Shown here one piece after another: positions 24,485 through 27,416 of a stretch of 27,416 nt of DNA (position 1 is its first letter; each line of letters opens with the position of its first letter). Source of the stretch: a virus (lineage: Duplodnaviria > Caudoviricetes); the IMG/VR virus record IMGVR_UViG_3300017766_000201, positions 1 through 27,416 of that record; one strand, given 5' to 3'. Both the position numbers and the translations under genes were made by a program. The notes beneath the pieces are model-generated. The model was not told the origin of the DNA and made no database searches. It saw only the letters and a list, made by a program, of their open reading frames with translations.

Positions 24485-25622
24485 AGTTTGAATTTAAGCC
24501 GAGATTCTCCATCTCGTGATAGCGAAGTGCATCTATAGCGTGGTCGTTGCCTCCTGCAGGCTTATTTAGCCTTACTCCGTGTTTATCTATATCCCAACAA
24601 TAGGAGCGAAGTTCTTTGATTAGGTTTGTGCTTTGCTTGGTAACCAAATACTCTTGTCTCTGCATTACATCAATTCCGTATATGATTGAATCCTTACCCT
24701 TTGTTACTCCTTTAATCGTCTTTCCGTAACGTCTAATCTCGTCAATAGATTTAGGCTCACTTGAATCAGCGTAGATAGTAACGGCAGACGGAAGTATTCT
24801 TGCAATGTCGGAGTTCAGCATCCCTGTGCGGTAAACAAGTTCGTTTACTATTCGTTTTCCGTTCCAATTATACACCTCAATTGCAGAGGTAGGATCATTC
24901 GTGTATCCAAAGTCCAACCCTATGCCTATGAGTCGTGCGTCATCAGGTAGCTTGTCTATCTCTTTCCAATTGCCAAACACAACACCCTCAAGCATACCTA
25001 CCTCACCGAGTCCGTAAACTCTCCACCAGTTAGCCCAATAGTTAGACGTGACCGCTTTATCACGGTTCTTCTCTATCTGCCTTACTATGCTCTCATCGAG
25101 TGCCTCATTGTCTTTGTATGTAAGGATAATAAAGTCTGCGTCAGGTTCGTCTTTTAGTTCGGTGTGTACCCAAAATTCATTAGCAGGGTTGAAGTCAAGG
25201 TAAATCTCTTTCTTTGTACGGATGGAAAGCTCAAGGTAAGCGTCAAAGGTTACGTTGTTGCACTCGTTGATGTACAGGACGTCTCTCCTCGCTCCTCGAA
25301 GTTTAGATGCGTTATCAGCAGAGAAGAACTCCATCGTGCTTCCGTTAGCAAATTCGTATCTTAATAGGGTTGCATTGAATCTATCCTCAACAAACCTACC
25401 AGTCCACCTCATAATCTTGAGAAAGTCTTTCAGCGCACCTCTGCGAAGGTGTGGGATAGTCTCGGCAACTACTGATACCTCTAAACCTTTTTCACGAGCG
25501 CACTTATCTATCAGCACAGGCAAGATCCCAAATGTCTTACCTGCTGATGTGCCTCCCTGAATTATCTTAACTCTCTTTTCGAGTTCGTAGATTTTACGAA
25601 TTGCCGTTGTTACCTGAAACAT
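24462..25622 (-). CDS. terL: terminase large subunit (PBSX-type)
   Basis: QGGTSAGKT Walker A, LYINE Walker B, DFNP, GLDFGYTNDP and DHAIDALRY nuclease motifs. Confidence 0.95.
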   Translation of the reverse strand: MFQVTTAIRKIYELEKRVKIIQGGTSAGKTFGILPVLIDKCAREKGLEVSVVAETIPHLRRGALKDFLKIMRWTGRFVEDRFNATLLRYEFANGSTMEFFSADNASKLRGARRDVLYINECNNVTFDAYLELSIRTKKEIYLDFNPANEFWVHTELKDEPDADFIILTYKDNEALDESIVRQIEKNRDKAVTSNYWANWWRVYGLGEVGMLEGVVFGNWKEIDKLPDDARLIGIGLDFGYTNDPTSAIEVYNWNGKRIVNELVYRTGMLNSDIARILPSAVTIYADSSEPKSIDEIRRYGKTIKGVTKGKDSIIYGIDVMQRQEYLVTKQSTNLIKELRSYCWDIDKHGVRLNKPAGGNDHAIDALRYHEMENLGLNSNYGQYAIR

Positions 25623-26031
25623 TAAAGTTGAATAGTGGTTGCTCGGTGACGATAGTGTTCTCGGTCTTCTCCGTGAGTCCGTTTAAACGTGCAGTTAAGT
25701 TAGCGTTGTACTGCCCTACCAAGCCTCCGTTGATTTGGTCTTGACGGATTTCTCGCTTTATATGTGTAGAGATAGCATAAAATTCGTCGTACGCTTTGTT
25801 TTGATTCTGAATGTAGTTCGATACAGTCAGCTCAAACTTATTAAAGCAGTAGACTTCGAAGCCTTCCATTGTGAGAGGACATTCGAGTGGTTCTGCAACC
25901 ATATCACCAGTTCTTTGGTTTAGGGTGTATTTGTATCTTGGGTTTTCTTTTACCCATAGTTTGTAGCTTTTGAATAGCTCTAAAAGATGTTCGGGGCTAT
26001 CTATCTTTCTTGGTCTTCCTACTTTTGCCAT
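25594..26031 (-). CDS. terS: terminase small subunit (P22 gp3-like)
   Basis: GRPRKI.SPE.L, PLT.EGF and G.YNAN.TARLNGL.EK, upstream of terL. Confidence 0.8.
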   Translation of the reverse strand: MAKVGRPRKIDSPEHLLELFKSYKLWVKENPRYKYTLNQRTGDMVAEPLECPLTMEGFEVYCFNKFELTVSNYIQNQNKAYDEFYAISTHIKREIRQDQINGGLVGQYNANLTARLNGLTEKTENTIVTEQPLFNFNVSGNNGNS

Positions 26032-26179
26032 TATTTATTTCGTGTTTTGTTAGTTTTATCATACATTGTGAGTGCCTTACTCCTAAATCAGGGAACTCTT
26101 TTACCATTGAGTCATCTGCTATGCATCTTTGCAGAAATTCTATTGGTTGTTCTTTAGGTAGTGGAGTTATTGTAGGCAT
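25997..26179 (-). CDS. small conserved phage protein
   Basis: P.P.E...EF.QRC..D..M..EFPD...R...C pattern. Confidence 0.65.
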   Translation of the reverse strand: MPTITPLPKEQPIEFLQRCIADDSMVKEFPDLGVRHSQCMIKLTKHEINNGKSRKTKKDR

Positions 26180-26357
26180 CTTCTACCTTCTTAAAGTGGT
26201 CTAAAAATTCGTCTTCGCTTATCTCTTCTAAACACATTAGTCCATCTGCATCGGTAAAGTATTCGATGATATGGTGTCCGTCTTTTCGTAGCCTTGCTGA
26301 CATTTCGTGAGCGTACTCGATGACGTTTCTGCCGTAGTCTAAAAGATAGTATCTCAT
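26154..26357 (-). CDS. hypothetical protein
   Basis: Start MRYYLLD at 26357 with an ATGA overlap. Confidence 0.6.
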   Translation of the reverse strand: MRYYLLDYGRNVIEYAHEMSARLRKDGHHIIEYFTDADGLMCLEEISEDEFLDHFKKVEDAYNNSTT

Positions 26358-26710
26358 TTGTATTCTGCGTAAACCTTTTTCATTTTGTCGATAATCTCCA
26401 TCCAACAAGTAGCACAAGAAGTAGGCTCTCTGCTGATTCCAAAGATACGGTTGTAAATCTTTAGGATTGCGTCTTGCTCACTTGGTTTTAAAGTGTCCTT
26501 GTACAATACATTGGTTTCGCTTAAATAGTTGTATTCGTCTTCGAGTAGGCACTTTGGGTTGCGGTAAGGGAATAACTCATTGAGCTTCTTCTTACGTTCT
26601 TCGCATCCGCAGTCTTCTCCTGCTACAAACTCCACTAACTTTTTGATTCCTGTGGCTTCCGTGATTTGTTCGATTGTATCACCTAAACCTGTTGCTTTTC
26701 TTTTTGCCAT
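26354..26710 (-). CDS. hypothetical protein, probable Zn-binding
   Basis: GLGDTIE..T.ATGIK..DCGC.ERK..LN and TSCATC. Confidence 0.7.
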   Translation of the reverse strand: MAKRKATGLGDTIEQITEATGIKKLVEFVAGEDCGCEERKKKLNELFPYRNPKCLLEDEYNYLSETNVLYKDTLKPSEQDAILKIYNRIFGISREPTSCATCWMEIIDKMKKVYAEYK

Positions 26711-26711
26711 A

Positions 26712-27236
26712 TTAAATTAATTCATATTGTTCGTTTAAAAAGTCGGTATAATCATCGCCTACCGATTGACGTATTTTTTCTTTGCAAGATTTTATAGTTA
26801 GGAAAATAGACTTTAAGCTGATACCTGTTTCATCTGCTATTTGACGCATTGGTTTTCTTTCGTCTTTATATATCTTCCATAGCTTTTGGTCGTACCAGTT
26901 CCAACCTTTAATCTCCCATTCAATCCTATCGTAGATTTTCTCTAATGATTCGTGTTTTGCTATGACTGGTTCTTCATAAGATAAATCATAAACATCGTTT
27001 AAATCTAACCTATCCATCTTCTGCTTTCTGATGTGGTCAATGTAAACACTTCGCAACGTCAACCACATATGCCCTCTATTAATATCATCTCCTACAATCT
27101 TGTCTATATGATTTAAACGTAAAATGCGTAGGTATGTTTCCTGTACGATGTCTTCAGCAAGGAACTCGTCACCAAATGTACGGACTACTGATAGCCATTC
27201 TTTGTGGTGTTTTGCTAATGTAGTTATCTTGTCCAT
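26712..27236 (-). CDS. ECF-like RNA polymerase sigma factor
   Basis: Region 2 AEDIVQETYLRI and region 4 HTH MRQIADETGISLKSIF, 174 aa. Confidence 0.85.
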   Translation of the reverse strand: MDKITTLAKHHKEWLSVVRTFGDEFLAEDIVQETYLRILRLNHIDKIVGDDINRGHMWLTLRSVYIDHIRKQKMDRLDLNDVYDLSYEEPVIAKHESLEKIYDRIEWEIKGWNWYDQKLWKIYKDERKPMRQIADETGISLKSIFLTIKSCKEKIRQSVGDDYTDFLNEQYELI

Positions 27237-27251
27237 TGGTTAAATTCTAAA

Positions 27252-27281
27252 CAAATATAAGACTATATTTTAATCAAACAA
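27252..27281 (-). promoter_or_regulatory. host-sigma promoter for the phage sigma operon
   Basis: TTG-N19-TATATTTG, directly after a terminator. Confidence 0.7.
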
Positions 27282-27290
27282 GTTGCACGC

Positions 27291-27317
27291 AAAAAAAGCC
27301 ACCTGTTAAAGTGGCTC
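27291..27317 (-). terminator. intrinsic terminator
   Basis: AGCCACUU-UAAC-AGGUGGCU running into a U7 tract. Confidence 0.8.
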
Positions 27318-27416
27318 TAATCCGTTTAAATATACCTCTCGGCTAACGTAGTTATCTAACTTGTGAAGTGTTGATAAGGTGACGTCTTTGCCTTTGAGGA
27401 AGTTGTTTACTTGGAA
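27306..27416 (-). CDS. C-terminal fragment of an XRE/Cro-like HTH protein
   Basis: Manual translation FQVNNFLKGKDVTLSTLHKLDNYVSREVYLNGLEPL*. Confidence 0.5.
   Translation of the reverse strand, partial: FQVNNFLKGKDVTLSTLHKLDNYVSREVYLNGLEPL

Noticed and set aside
1850-26204. All plus-strand ORFs in the track (e.g. 11571-12035, 15332-15748, 18743-19084, 25255-25560)
   Set aside because: They are antisense shadows of well-supported minus-strand genes, with Ser/Phe-rich composition and no evident plus-strand promoters.
1-27416. Integrase, tRNA, reverse transcriptase/DGR, intron or alternative genetic code
   Set aside because: None seen. Genes are intact and tightly packed under the standard code. 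Lifestyle cannot be determined because part of the genome lies outside the window.

Overview
The window is most of the genome of a small tailed phage, probably a siphovirus of a Bacteroidota (Flavobacterium-like) host. The host call rests on TAnnTTTG-type promoters and A-rich translation starts without Shine-Dalgarno sites. All credible genes are on the minus strand. In transcription order (right to left): partial HTH gene, ECF-like sigma factor, terminase subunits, frameshifted tail chaperone, tail/baseplate genes, tape measure, prohead protease, scaffold, capsid, tail tube, portal, adaptor, fibre, lysis cassette, metallophosphoesterase, a repeat-rich non-coding junction (6660-7008), then the early region (DnaA-CTD-like protein, replication initiator with internal iterons, SF4 helicase, PAPS-reductase-like protein, C5 methyltransferase, NinG, ERF). 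The most interesting signals are regulatory. (1) Two terminator-proximal RNA segments at the 3' ends of late genes are complementary to the shared ACGCUAUGA(A) start region of four early genes, a candidate late-to-early antisense silencing system. (2) Four promoters WACA-N12-AACGTTAT-N6-ATG have invariant spacing, suggesting a phage-sigma regulon of leaderless mRNAs. (3) A C4/CI-like attenuator leader precedes the replication initiator. (4) There is a -1 frameshift with a long dual-coding overlap, a probable ACG start codon, and a shared candidate head-maturation motif. All calls come from reading the sequence by eye; no searches were run.
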